Assembly: GCA_973895155.1 (NCBI GenBank)
Contig: OZ316897.1
Location: 14,693,375-14,757,374 of the forward strand
Direction of reading: 5' to 3'
Origin: Marsupella aquatica
Taxonomy: Eukaryota; Plantae; Marchantiophyta
DNA: 64,000 bases
In this document: positions 35,248 to 47,377 of the stretch, in pieces
Numbering within the stretch: the stretch's first letter is position 1
How the letters are laid out: each line of letters starts with the position of its first letter
Notes under the pieces: model-generated
What the model was told of the DNA's origin: nothing
The model's input: the letters and a program-made list of their open reading frames with translations, nothing else
Databases searched by the model: none
Translations under genes and position numbers: made by a program

Positions 35248-38201
35248 AGTGTACGCTTAGAGACAAGGCGACTGATCGGTATTTGTGGGTAAAGAACTCT
35301 AAAAGCTCTCTCGTTCTCATTGCACGCTTCTTTTCTCTGGACATAGGCGACGGGCCAGGAAACCAAAGTGCTCGCAAGACTGTAATCGCCAATACTGTAG
35401 CTATGAAGGACGCCTTATCTTTAGCCGTGCCCGAAAGCTTTTATAAATCGCCTCATTCTATCCAATGTGGCTATACTTAGATCCACAACACAAGTGAAGC
35501 CATCCTTTCGTAGTCAGCCAAGGGCGGTAGCCTCTAAATCTTTGCTGATGCTGGTATGCACCCATTTTGCGTCAATTCACTGCTTCTCATGAGTGACTGA
35601 GATTACTAGATTACTCATGTACATGAAGTCTCTGAGATTATGTACATGAATTTGGACATTCTGTCAATTAGCACATTAGACTAGTGTCAACTTCGGACAA
35701 TATTTTGCTGGTCAATTGAGAACTTTGTATTTATCGCAATCATCTGGACACAATTGCGTTCCACTCAGTCGTTGAAATGTAGCAACAAAAAGTTAGACTT
35801 GAAATCGACCATCAAACCGCTTTGGTTACCTGTGTACGTGAGCCTAAGCTACAGGAGGGAGAACTTACAGAGCTAGCCATGACCTTGTCAAAGTATCGCA
35901 GGAGAGATCCCATATAGAAATCGATGGGAGGACTGAATTTGCCATGAAAGCTACATCAGCTTGCTGCTTGAGTAGGGTAGCTCGATCTGTTGCTCTTTAA
36001 TTTGTAGACCGGTAGAACTGCAGTCGCAGCCATAACCAATCGCTTCGATCCGTGTTAGCCAGAGAGAATTAACCGGTGGAGCTACGAAAATGAAACACCT
36101 ACAATTTGACATGACAATTGCAAAGAAGAGTTATCGCTTGAACTCGGAACATGGTCGATGAGAGCATGATCAGAGAGCTACATGGAAAAACCTAAGGAAT
36201 CAACAGAGACAGGAGCACCTACAGTCAATTGTGGCATCTGCTTATAAAACAATACAATCCCGTTTGCGATTCAAAGCATTGAAACTAATCACGACGTTTA
36301 CTGAGACCCCGACTGAGACTCTCATTACCTCAATCGTCCACACAGGCTGTGAATATTTAAATAATTCCCATTCATCGTGATCTCGTCTTGGCAGCAGATA
36401 TCAGGTCACCTCACCAGGAGTTGTTTACATCAAACATGACATATAAGGTGTACCACATCACTCCGTACCAAGATAAACCTCATATTTTCTTTAAATCAAT
36501 GAATGCATACTGTATATTACCACATACCAAGATAAACCTCATATTTTCTTTAAATTAGTGAATGCAAAATGTGTGATTATCGGTAGGGGAGTTGTTTGGG
36601 TCCGCACCTACATGCGTGAAATAAAGGGCCCCGTGTTGAGATAGCCTTAGGACTGCCAGACATGATCTCAGATCGACGATTCTGGCTGGCACGCAAGTTA
36701 AGTAGCAACGGAAGTTTCTGCCTGGCTTCAACTTCGATAATTCGAGGCCCACATGTCCCTCTGTGGCCGTGTGTGCCCTGCCGGTAATATATGGTGTGCA
36801 CTCACTAATTTAAAGAAAAGAACGAGGTCGTACGCGATATGTGTCACATTTTGATCTGCAGTTACCCGCGTCTGGGCGGAATTTGTTAAAAGAGAGTCGT
36901 GTTGTCTGACAAGTAGAATTATCTTTGGTGCATCGGACAAGATCAATAGCTCTGGTAAACACGTTTCACTGCTCGTGTGAGTTTGCAGTCGATCCGATCC
37001 CAGATTCTGACATTGAAAAGCACTGCACAGTCCAGGACAAACTGAAGAATCATTTTCTAATTCTTGGAAGTTACCAAATTTTGTAAACAAAAGAAAATGG
37101 ATAGCTTTCTCACAAAGCATACGAGTACGTACGTACGCTGCACTTTTCTCAGTCAGTCGTGTCGACATGAATCCCATGTAATCAGAGGATTGACAAGCCC
37201 CGAAGAAAAGATGGGGTTATGTACGAGGTGCCTACGAATGGAATGTGTATTCCATAAGATTTAGAATTTAGAAGAATGATACGATTATGTAAAATTTTAA
37301 GAATACAATTGTACAAATTTCAAACCACTGATTGGCTTCTATTTTTTTTGAGAGCGCCGACACTCAATAACTATGAGTTGGTTTGTTTCCAGGGGCTGTT
37401 TACATTCAGCGTACTTTGTACAGTACGTTCATCTACATATTACAGTTCCATACCGTCCATACTGTCTATACTGCCATCGCCTTGTTGAGGGTTTAGGGTT
37501 TAGCCGAACGTTCCGGGAAGCTATCAAGTCGGCCAAGTACAGTGCATCAATTTGGTGAAAAGCGTGCTCCGAAGATCGTCACGACCATCGCAGCTCCTAC
37601 TCCAGCTCCTCCCCACGGGGCCGGTGGAGCTATCATAGGAGGACCTTGTCATCAGTAATCTAGTGGACCTGAAGAGTCCGCTGCCTGTCATCACTTGGGC
37701 TGTCGTTGCTTCACCTCAAGTTACCCACGAAGAACAGGGAAGGATTGGATAGGGAAGAATATTTGGATCCCTAGCGCAAACCGCCGGTGGCAAAGTTGTG
37801 TCGCCTGGCGACAGGTTGCAAAGAAGATCGTAGCCGAGGAAAAGCAACCCCTAGCTAGTACAATAACCCGGGCCTGGCTGCACACACTGACGGGCCAGGG
37901 CTATCGAGATATCGAGATATCTCCTCTCCACTTTCTGTCGAGACATCCGTATGTCTGTCTGCGCATCATTGAGCATCTGTCACAGGAGACAGAACAATAG
38001 TTGAAGTTTGGTTCAAGTCTATTCAAGTGTTACATATGTTTTGATCGAAGCTCCTGTGAGATGACTACGACAACAACGGAGAACCAATACAAGAACCATC
38101 GATCTTGCTGAATGACTACGGATTTGTGTGAATGAGCCAATCCCCGGGGCTAATCTCGATGTTTTAATTTCTTTTTGTGTTTTTGCAGATCGTTGGATGA
38201 C

Positions 38202-40088
38202 ATGACTCCTCCCGTGTCGCTCTTGGGATTTGTTTCAATCCCGAGCGTGTGGGTGATAACTAATTTAGGATTACCCTCCGACATCTGGACCTTTGGTGTG
38301 ATCCCGTTGCTCTCGATCTGCTTTAGCTGCGACCAAAGAAAACTCTGGCAAGCAGCAGTTGAGGTGAGGGGGTCACTGGGCCTGTTCATCGGCTCGGCCA
38401 TCGTAACATATCTATGCACCGATATCTCTATCTTGTACGCCCGGGTTACATATACTCGCTTCGTCCTATGGAAATTGGTCGTTGCGCTAGTCTGGCTGCT
38501 CTGTATCATTAAAGGTTTCCAACTCGAAAGGCAAATGTACTTGATGGACACATTTGGCGCAGTCGCCAAGTATCTGGTGTGGAAGGTTGTCACCCGGTTT
38601 ACAGGTGCAGAGATGTGGGTGGGTTACAAAAGCGAGTGGGCATACTGCTCACCATACAGCAAAAAACTAGTTCATAAGGAGATAGATCATTACTACAATT
38701 TGCAGAAAAGGTTCGAAAGGCAAGAGACGATTCCCGAGAATTACGCGTTCAACTTTCGTATTGAGTCTTGCAGAGTGTACGCTGTATACTCATACTCTAC
38801 CGCTTCCGATGTTCGTGGCGGTAGGGGTGGAGATTGCAGTGCTTCGAGCTCTACAGTTTCTGACCGTCCCATGGAGAATTTGAATCACACACTGTCTTCG
38901 ATACCTGGAGAACTTTGTTCAATTGAATTCAAAAAGAGCGCTGACACGAGGTCTGCTTCATCCACAACTTTGCAGACGGAAGGAGAGAGTTTTTCAGCAA
39001 AGGCTGAGCGCGGTCCGCTTGTGGAGGATAGCTACACCCTGATTTCGAGTTATGGCTGCAGCAAAGTAGAGGTGTCTTTGAATTCCGAGGATAAGACACT
39101 GGAGGGTTACACCTTTTACAATGTTGCTTACGACGCCTTGGCCGAATTCAAGCGAGTACTGGAAGTCCTTAAAGAGGAAGGCAATGTCATATTCTCTACC
39201 ATTAACAGGAACATCGTCTCAAGCAGACCCCGGGCGCATGCCAGATGCTACGAATTCCGAGAGCTGCTTGAGCTCATACTGAATCAGAGCTATAAACTGC
39301 ACGAAGTGGATCTACAAGCAAAGTACAAATTCATCATTTCGGGGCATTGGACTTTACAATTGCAGGCAGTTGTACTGATTGGTGTCATGGTCGGGATCAA
39401 TTATTATCAGCTCACTGGACCGCCGAAGCACGTCAGTATTGTAATCGTCCTTTTGACAATATATGGTCTCACTCACTTGTTCCTCTTTTCAGTGACCCTT
39501 GCCTGGAGTGAACAGCACAAAGTGAAAAGACTTGTTCACTTCATAATCAGCAGGACTAGGCCAAGAGAAGTGGATGATTGGTACAGGTACTTCCAAGTGC
39601 GGTTTCCTCTATTGACGTTCGCTAATGAGAGTTATTGCTATCCCTACGTCTCAAGTCAGAGGCAGATCTGCTACTTAGAAGGAACGATAGGTTCCCTTCC
39701 CGTGTTGGGCACAGAGCATGGATACTTTCACATGGAGCATCTGAGAGAAGGAATAAGAGTTTTCGACATGAGAAATCTTCAGCTGGAGCTGTCTGTGACG
39801 TACATGGAAGGAGAGGTGCAGATCGATATACTAATGCGCAGAGTCTACAATGACAACAGCTGCTGCTACAGAGAAATCTTCCAGACTAACAGGCGCAAAG
39901 CCATCGACTTCATTGCGCTGATGACATGGCTTCAAAAGAACCGGTGTGCAGGAGTCTGTAAAGAGTGGCCCCAAAGTGGCTTAATGTACGCTTACAGATA
40001 TCCGGAGCTGTTCCAAAAGGTGCTCAAGGATGGGTTGAGGCCCATGATAGCCACCTTCATTGGCCCTATGGACATAACAGTGGAGTGA
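38202..40088 (+). CDS. Uncharacterised multi-pass membrane protein, paralog B (628 aa)
   Basis: Highly similar to paralog A, with a net in-frame 14-aa gain; same acceptor, ATG and stop context. Confidence 0.8.
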   Translation: MTPPVSLLGFVSIPSVWVITNLGLPSDIWTFGVIPLLSICFSCDQRKLWQAAVEVRGSLGLFIGSAIVTYLCTDISILYARVTYTRFVLWKLVVALVWLLCIIKGFQLERQMYLMDTFGAVAKYLVWKVVTRFTGAEMWVGYKSEWAYCSPYSKKLVHKEIDHYYNLQKRFERQETIPENYAFNFRIESCRVYAVYSYSTASDVRGGRGGDCSASSSTVSDRPMENLNHTLSSIPGELCSIEFKKSADTRSASSTTLQTEGESFSAKAERGPLVEDSYTLISSYGCSKVEVSLNSEDKTLEGYTFYNVAYDALAEFKRVLEVLKEEGNVIFSTINRNIVSSRPRAHARCYEFRELLELILNQSYKLHEVDLQAKYKFIISGHWTLQLQAVVLIGVMVGINYYQLTGPPKHVSIVIVLLTIYGLTHLFLFSVTLAWSEQHKVKRLVHFIISRTRPREVDDWYRYFQVRFPLLTFANESYCYPYVSSQRQICYLEGTIGSLPVLGTEHGYFHMEHLREGIRVFDMRNLQLELSVTYMEGEVQIDILMRRVYNDNSCCYREIFQTNRRKAIDFIALMTWLQKNRCAGVCKEWPQSGLMYAYRYPELFQKVLKDGLRPMIATFIGPMDITVE

Positions 40089-42013
40089 ATAGGACCACAT
40101 CGCATGATTCCCAAGGAGAGCGAGGCTCTAGACGGATAAAAAGCCAGGTTTGTGCCCATATAGGATACTCTTGCACCTATAGGGGAAGGCAGATATGCAC
40201 ATATTAATGGAATGATATTTACGTGTTCCTTGAATGTAAATTCATTGAATGTAAATAGATATGAATACACATAATCTTGCCAACTTAAAGTCAGGATGGA
40301 GTCATACTTTGTCTATGAAGTCCCCTTGGACAAACCAAACTTGGAAGGACTCGACTCAAACATACATATATGCTTGGATACTGTTTGTTACATTTGTCTC
40401 CAAAAATACCATGTCACATCATCATTTTTGTTGACCTCTCCAAAAGTACCTTGTCAAAGCACCACCTCTGTACAGAATACCATGTACCAACCTGATCAAC
40501 ATTGATTGCAAGCATTGTTGTATTCTCTTAATATCCTTTTCCCTTAAGCTAGTCGATTTAACCATTTTTTTTAGTTCAACTAAAAACCATAAAATATGTA
40601 AGAGTGATTTTTTTTCAAATAAGTGGTTTTTGGGGAATAGAGAAGAAAAAGTAAAGTTATGAAATGGATAGAAAAACTTAAAGGGCCATGCAACAATTTG
40701 TTGGCTGGCAATTGGTTGAACACCTGAAAGAAAGTAAAAAATGGGAAAAGCCATGCAATGTACCATGTATGATCTCTCTATTTTAGGACAATTTTAATTT
40801 TGTTTTATATGCTAGACTGTTTCTCTCTGTTACATTCTCCTAGATTTATGGTACTCCTCATAATCCCCTTTTCAAAAGAAAGGATGTATTATGGAAACTA
40901 ATAACCTGTATAATACAAAGAGAATAATCACAAGTCAAAAATATTTATGTAGGAGCAGCATTGTGCAAGCATGCTAAATTCAAGATCTGGCACAGTTGTG
41001 TGTAGTGCCAAGAATGGCAAAGGGTATGTATTTGGCGTACCTCCTACAGGTAACCTCTGTTAGCTGGTCTGAGGTCTATGACCCTAAGGTGGATGCTTGG
41101 TTTCCCATAAAACCCATAGTATCTCAGGTCAGCTGTCAAGAGGGAAGCCAATAAACCTTCAGTTTGAATTTCAGTGTGCAGGTGGAAAATTGGGAATTGG
41201 GACCAGAGTGAGTCTTTGGAAATGGCATAGCATGTGAGGAGTTACTGAAAACAAATTGAACTTGAATGGTGAATGGGTCACTGACTTGAATATCCTCACT
41301 TCTACTTATTTGCATAGAAAGGGTAGTCACCTTAGCTGTAGGGAAAGACAACCAGAGGTCTATGGGTGCACAAAGATGCAGAGGTGGATTTAGGGTTTAG
41401 CCAACACCAGCTTAATTTCTAAGTTTTTTCCCTTTTTTGCCAGGATTGAGAATGTTTCCTTGAAGTAGAAGCTAAAATTAGACTATAGCAAATTTGGCCA
41501 AAAGTGACCAACTTTTTATGACGAGGTGGAATGTAGTAAATTTTCACCACTAATAAGAGGCTTTCTAGGAGCCCCTGGTTAACCTGCAGAAACTAATTGG
41601 AGGCACTGAGAGGGTGAGGCTATAGGTGACAAGCCAGAGGCCAATTGGCGAAGTAGGGCTGAAGGAAGGAGCAGACCTCTGATCCTAGTAAGAGGCCTGC
41701 TTTTTGTTGAAGGTTCCCCAAAGTGGACCCCAGTTGAAGTCACCTGGGGAGGGGCGGCTAGCCATGTGGCAGATCCACATATGCAACTATCAATTTTAAT
41801 AGGATATGTTTAACTCCTTATACATAAAACATATGGGGTTAAAATCCAGGTTAAAATTGTCTAAAGAAGTGTCCCTCTTAATGTGAGAAGTCTATTGTAG
41901 CTTAATAAAAAATTGATGATGTTTCGATGTGGAAAACAAATGTTGCACCCTAGTACAGGATATGCTCTTTTAGTCTAGATCCAAACTAGCCAGCATTTTG
42001 TGATTTGCATTAA

Positions 42014-42217
42014 ACCACACCTGCCCCTATAAAGGGCTACGGGTAACCTGTAGCTCTCATTCTAAAGAGTACATGTTCAGAAATGGTTTTGAGCTCCACA
42101 AAAGGTGCTGACTGCAAAACTTTTTTTTGGCAAGTACTCCACAAAAGGTGCTAGGTTTTCACCTTTTATGGTGAGTAGTGAGACATGGAATGAGGCTTTT
42201 ATAGTGGTAGGTGTGAT
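42014..42217. mobile_element. MITE, 204 bp, flanked by TTAA
   Basis: 25-bp TIR ACCACACCTGCCCCTATAAAGGGCT vs ATCACACCTACCACTATAAAAGCCT (20/25). TTAA at 42010-42013 and 42218-42221. Absent at the paralogous site (~34400). Confidence 0.75.
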
Positions 42218-45200
42218 TTAAGAGAATTTACGACTCTTACATGTCTGTTTTGCCAGTGATGGACAATCAATTTCTTCCTTTAGATTACCCAAATCTTCCA
42301 TGGATTTTTAAGTTTGACTTTTGGACGGAACCCACCTCACATTTTTAATTTTGTTTTTAATTTTTAATTTTAGCAATTTAGATTTTATTCTACTTTCTGT
42401 GTAGTCACTGACTTTCTCCAGTGCAGCTGCAAATGGTGGGTCCTAGCCGTCCTCTCCTCCTCTTGGATGCGACACGGGAGGGGACAGGGGAGGATCCTCT
42501 TTGGTACTAGTGCACTTTTGCTTGGACCTCCCCATTTTCCACTATCCTTTTGCAAAGCCCTCCCCTTGCGCATTCCTTCTTTGCCTTCCCTGTTTCATTC
42601 ACTCCTTCTTTGACACCCCTTTCGTGCTTCTTCTTTGCATCCCCTTTTTGCTTCCTTCCTTCTTTGGCAAGGAAAACAATAACCATTGTTAAAAGTGGCG
42701 GACCTCTTATCATAGTTTCTTATTTAATATAAATAAAGTATAAAATTTTCATTGGCTATTTACTTGCATTTCCATTACGAGAACTAAAGAGATTGTGATC
42801 GTAAAAATCAATTGTGAACCTGGACGGACTGGACTGAAGGTTCATATTTCATCCATGTATTTGAAATCTCTGGTAGCTCCGCAAGAGTAAATTACTCTAA
42901 ACTGTCCTAGTAACAAGAGCATGTTCTCTAAAGTTTTTTTAAAAATTGGTAACTGCAACTGCAAAATTATGTCATGCATGACTTGTAATAAAAGGAGAGT
43001 TCTCTGAACTATAGGGTTGTCATAATGACTCACTTTTTAATTTGGCTCAGTAAGATACAATAGATACCAATTAATATGCTACACGACAAACTAATTTTTC
43101 ATGTTCCACCGATGAGTATGCTATCCAATCTACACAACCCACTCAGGACCATTAGCTTATCACATGAGTACACTACAGATTTGAACTTCCACCAAAATTA
43201 ATAAAACACTATAGATCCTTTACCTCTTATTTTTTCATTGTTTGTGGGCTGCATTTGCTCTTACTCTTCTTTTAAGTTTGGACCCACTCTGGATCTCTTT
43301 TGCTGTTACCGTATTGCACTTTGTTCAGCCCCTTTTTAGTAAACTTGGTACTTTTTCTCCATTGTACCTTTGACCAAAAGAAAGCTTTCCAAAGCGGGAA
43401 AAAAAAAAACCGAACAAACCACTACTCCACCATCACCCCACAATAATTATTAATGGCGGTCTCTCTCGCCATTATTCTGGCTTTAGTACGGTGCAATCTC
43501 CGCCCTGCACGAGCGACGGTGGAGATGAGCCTACCCAAGACGGGGGCGAATTCTAGCCGTCGATCGATAATTTGTATCATCGGGTGCTGTCTGCTCCTCA
43601 TCAATCGCCTCCTCTCTGGTTCCTTGGAAAAGTGGGAGACTCCCAGAAGCCCTCCCACAAAGCGCCCCACCCCCACTTCGCTCGACCGTCGTCGGGTCCA
43701 TTTGTCGGCCGCACCGCTCTTGCATTCGTGCCACGGAAGGATTTTTTCGGAGCTGTTCTGATCGGCGTGGTGGACGATTGTCGAGTGGACGTGCGGAGCA
43801 GACGAGCGATGAGAGAAATCCCAGATACCAACGATGCCTGAGCCGATTTTCCCGACGATCGATGGCTGGGTCTTCATGCTGCCGAGGTTTTAAGACGACG
43901 ATCTGTTGAATTGACGGAGTGATGGAGTGATGGAGTGGAAGAAGGCGGTGTACTCTGAAGACCATCGAATCAATTGCTGTGGTGTCGTGGGTTGAGAGTG
44001 AGGCGTGTGGATGCTCTCGCCTCGAGGAAGAGAGACGTTGTGATCGGTGGGGTGCTCATTGCTGCGAAAGTTTTGGAACAGACGTAAGTCTTTGGTTTGA
44101 GTCTTTGTGGAAATGGGTCGATCAGTCATCTTTGCAGGTTTGTGTCAAGCTGGCCGGGAGTGAATGATTTCCCTGTTGGGAATTTCTGTTCCGAGCTCAG
44201 GGAGTATGATTCGCTGCTTGACTGCACTTGATGCTCTGGTAGGCAATAATCAGTGCCTTGGACAATTGCCTCCACAAGGCTGCTAGAGAGGTTGAGTGTG
44301 TTCTTAGGTTGTGGATATCGTCAACAAGAAAGCAGTCACAGATGTCTTGGAGTCGAGGTAAAGCGTCAGTTATGGGTCCTCATCTCACCCAGAACTATAT
44401 GCGTTGGCATGTTACTATTACGATTGGATGTCTTCTTGCTCTACTTGCTGGGCCCTTCACCTAAAACAAAGCTGAGGGACAGAATGAACTTGCAGACAAA
44501 TATGAGCGTACTCTAGTTGATGTGTATACACGGTAGAACGGATGAGAATTGATGAGACAATGTAGACATGCAATCGCTTGCTGATAAATGTTCGCTTCTG
44601 TCGGTCGAGCTCGGCATGTAGACGAGTAGTTGTTTGCAAGCTTGAGTGCAGTCTTTGTTTATCTACCGTCTGCAAGAGGATTGGCAAATTAGTGAACGTT
44701 CTATGTGGAAGAAAGGATGGTCAATGCATGGGTTGCAAGGTCCGTCCGAAAGAGACGGAGAGGTGGGAATGATCCGTGGATGTCTACGGGAAACTGATTA
44801 TGCAGTGGACCAGTTTTTTCTTAAATTTTGACAATGGCAGTGAAAGTGAGTTACATCCTCATTGTGTTATGCAAGCATGAGCAGAAAATATATGAATGCT
44901 TGCTTGATTAATTGAAATAGTGGATAGAAACGCTGCGAGAACGCAATCGAGCATTAGAGCCAACAGTGTAAGGAGACTTCTGCTACTTCCTAGTCCACGA
45001 AAAACAAATTCGGGCAAAACATACAGGAGAGGATTAAGACGGTAAAATCATTTTGAGATTCCATATCAATTACATGTCTGAAGAATTTACTTCTGGACTT
45101 ATAACCTAGATGTGGGAAAATATTGGACCATCGCTTGCTTCTGGATTGTGAGATGATGAATAAAACGATGTCTAGATCGAGCTTCTTCGTTGACACTACT

Positions 45201-45443
45201 CTCCGATAGGGGGGCGATGCTTGCAATCCACTCGAACTCTCCGGTCTGGTCTAGTCTAGTCTCGGATCCTTTCCCCATTGATCTGGTCCAGGCGGTGGAT
45301 GTGGCCATGGTATTTCTTTCAACTAGAGGATTAAATAGCAACTAAATTTTCTTTCTGTTTGGGCACAGGCTGTGGATCCTCTTTGCATTATTTGACAATC
45401 AGTATTCTGATTTTAAGTTTCCAATTCCAAGAAGATAGTCAAC

Positions 45444-47377
45444 ATGGATGGCAGGGCACGCGAAGTGGGACAGTTCATCCGTCGTCAAAGGAGCAATTCT
45501 TCAACAGAGTCATTAGAGCAGTCGCTGATGGGGGATGATGCTGAAGGGATGCCAGATCTTGAGAGCCACAAGCATGTGCACTGGTCAGGAAGTACCAGAT
45601 CTCTTTATGGTCTGGGAAGAGATTATGGGGAAGACGAACCTGAGAGCCCGCCCGAATCTGGGATGGGAGGAACATATGCCAAGAGCATTGTTTATGGAGG
45701 TCTTGACGCTATCGTCACATCTTTTGCCTTGGTTGCCTCAGTGTCCGGTGGTGGAATTGGTTCAGGTACGTTTGGATCAATTCTGTAAGAAGCGATCCTC
45801 ATTTAACAGAATTGATCGTTTGCATCCATGAGTTCTATCTATAGAGGATCCTTAAAGAAATTTCCAAATAAACTTCATCGTCTTCTGATCCTTTATCGTT
45901 GGCCATTGATATTGACGTCTCGTATGGTTGATATCGTCCTCGTGGTAAACCTACGTTTAACCTCCGCCATGGACTGTTTGTTTGGCTGTTCACCTGCTTT
46001 GCCAAATCATTTTATTGCTCTGTCAATTGCTATTGCACTGTCAAACCAATACTCGGCGCTGCAGTTGGACCATATGATATCGTGTCCACTTGAATGGCTC
46101 ATCTTGTCCTAAATTGCTTGTATCAAGGGTATCAAATCTCACCCTCTGAAAGACTTAACTTTCAATCGAGCGAATTACGTAATGATAAATGAAGAACGGT
46201 GTATTATCCTACTATCTGGTAGACTAGTGTCAAGTAACTATGATCGATTTTTGTAGTGGTACCTCGTCTTGATCAATATGTGCATTAACAGTCATTGTGA
46301 CCCTCAATGCTTCATCCTAACAGACAAACAAGTTCTGTTCAACGTCGAAGTCCCCTCTCGTCTGTTTCACTTGGCAGTCTGGGAAGAAAGTTTTCGAACG
46401 ATGCCCAGCCGATTGATTGATTTTTGGTACTATCATATTAGGACTGAGGTAGGACTTACCTCATGAAAAAGATGAGAGATATTTACTCGTTGGGGGGATT
46501 GGCTGTGCAGGGGCAGTTCTTGTATTGGGATTTGCCAATCTTATAGCTGATGGAATTTCAATGGGATTTGGAGATTACTTGTCAACGAGTACCGAGCAGA
46601 GCTTTGCTGCTAATGAGCGGAAGTTCGCAGATTGGGAGGTCGAGAGAGACTTGCACACCCAAGTAATCAATATGGTTGAAGTATATGAGATGAATGGCAT
46701 GGAAAGGAGCGATGCTGAGGAAGTAAGACTTTTTCTTGGTCCCAAACTCTACAGGACAGTATTGATCTCCTTATATATCTGCGTAGGATTGTGCATTATG
46801 CGTAGGGTGCAGTCACGTCCCGACGACAAAAATTCCAACGGGATAATGGTTTACAAATCATCCTGGGATGTTCGAACCCATCTGATTTATCTGTCTGGTT
46901 GAGAGTTCCTGTTCTAGGTCGATGCTTCTTAAAAATGCTGTGAGCTTATCTTGTTCCGGCTCTTGTTGTTCTGTTTCGGATGGATTGAAGGTGGTGAAAA
47001 TTTTCTCCAAATACAAGGACCTTCTCGTGGAGCAGAAGATGACAATGCAGGACGGATTGTTGCCACCAGATGAAGAGGAAGAGGCCTGGAAGAACGGAAT
47101 CGTCACCTTCGTTTCTTTTCTCGGCTTTGGATGTGCCCCACTTCTATCCTATGTCGTATTGAATCCCTTCACTAATAATGTGCATGTTAAATTTGGATCT
47201 GCATGTTTAGTGACAGCATTCGCTTTGATCCTTTTAGGGATTGCCAAAGCCCGCATATCTGGAGACAAATATTTAAGTTCAGCCTTCACAGTTTTGTCCA
47301 ATGGAGGGATTGCTGCAGCTGCAGCATACGGTATCAGCTGGGCTCTGACGAACCTGTTCGGAATAGAGGAACCTTGA
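45444..47377 (+). CDS. VIT1/CCC1-family vacuolar Fe/Mn transporter-like protein, 306 aa; exons 45444-45765, 46511-46722, 46991-47377
   Basis: KSIVYGGLDAIVT, LGFANLIADGISMGFGDYLS, E-rich cytosolic loop, C-terminal TMs. GT/AG sites give a continuous frame. Confidence 0.9.

Larger units (their letters stand above)
34878..42342. repeat. Tandem segmental duplication, copy 2 (~7.5 kb)
   Basis: Colinear with copy 1 but lacks the equivalents of ~20495-21075, 21371-26077, ~30420-32990 and 34538-34824. Confidence 0.92.

Noticed and set aside
33789-41400. TTTAGGGTTTAG at ~33789, ~37492 and ~41388 as interstitial telomere
   Set aside because: Only about two units each; at most telo-box motifs.
42830-42845. 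TGGACTGAAGG resembling miR319
   Set aside because: The match stops after ~11 nt and no precursor hairpin is seen.
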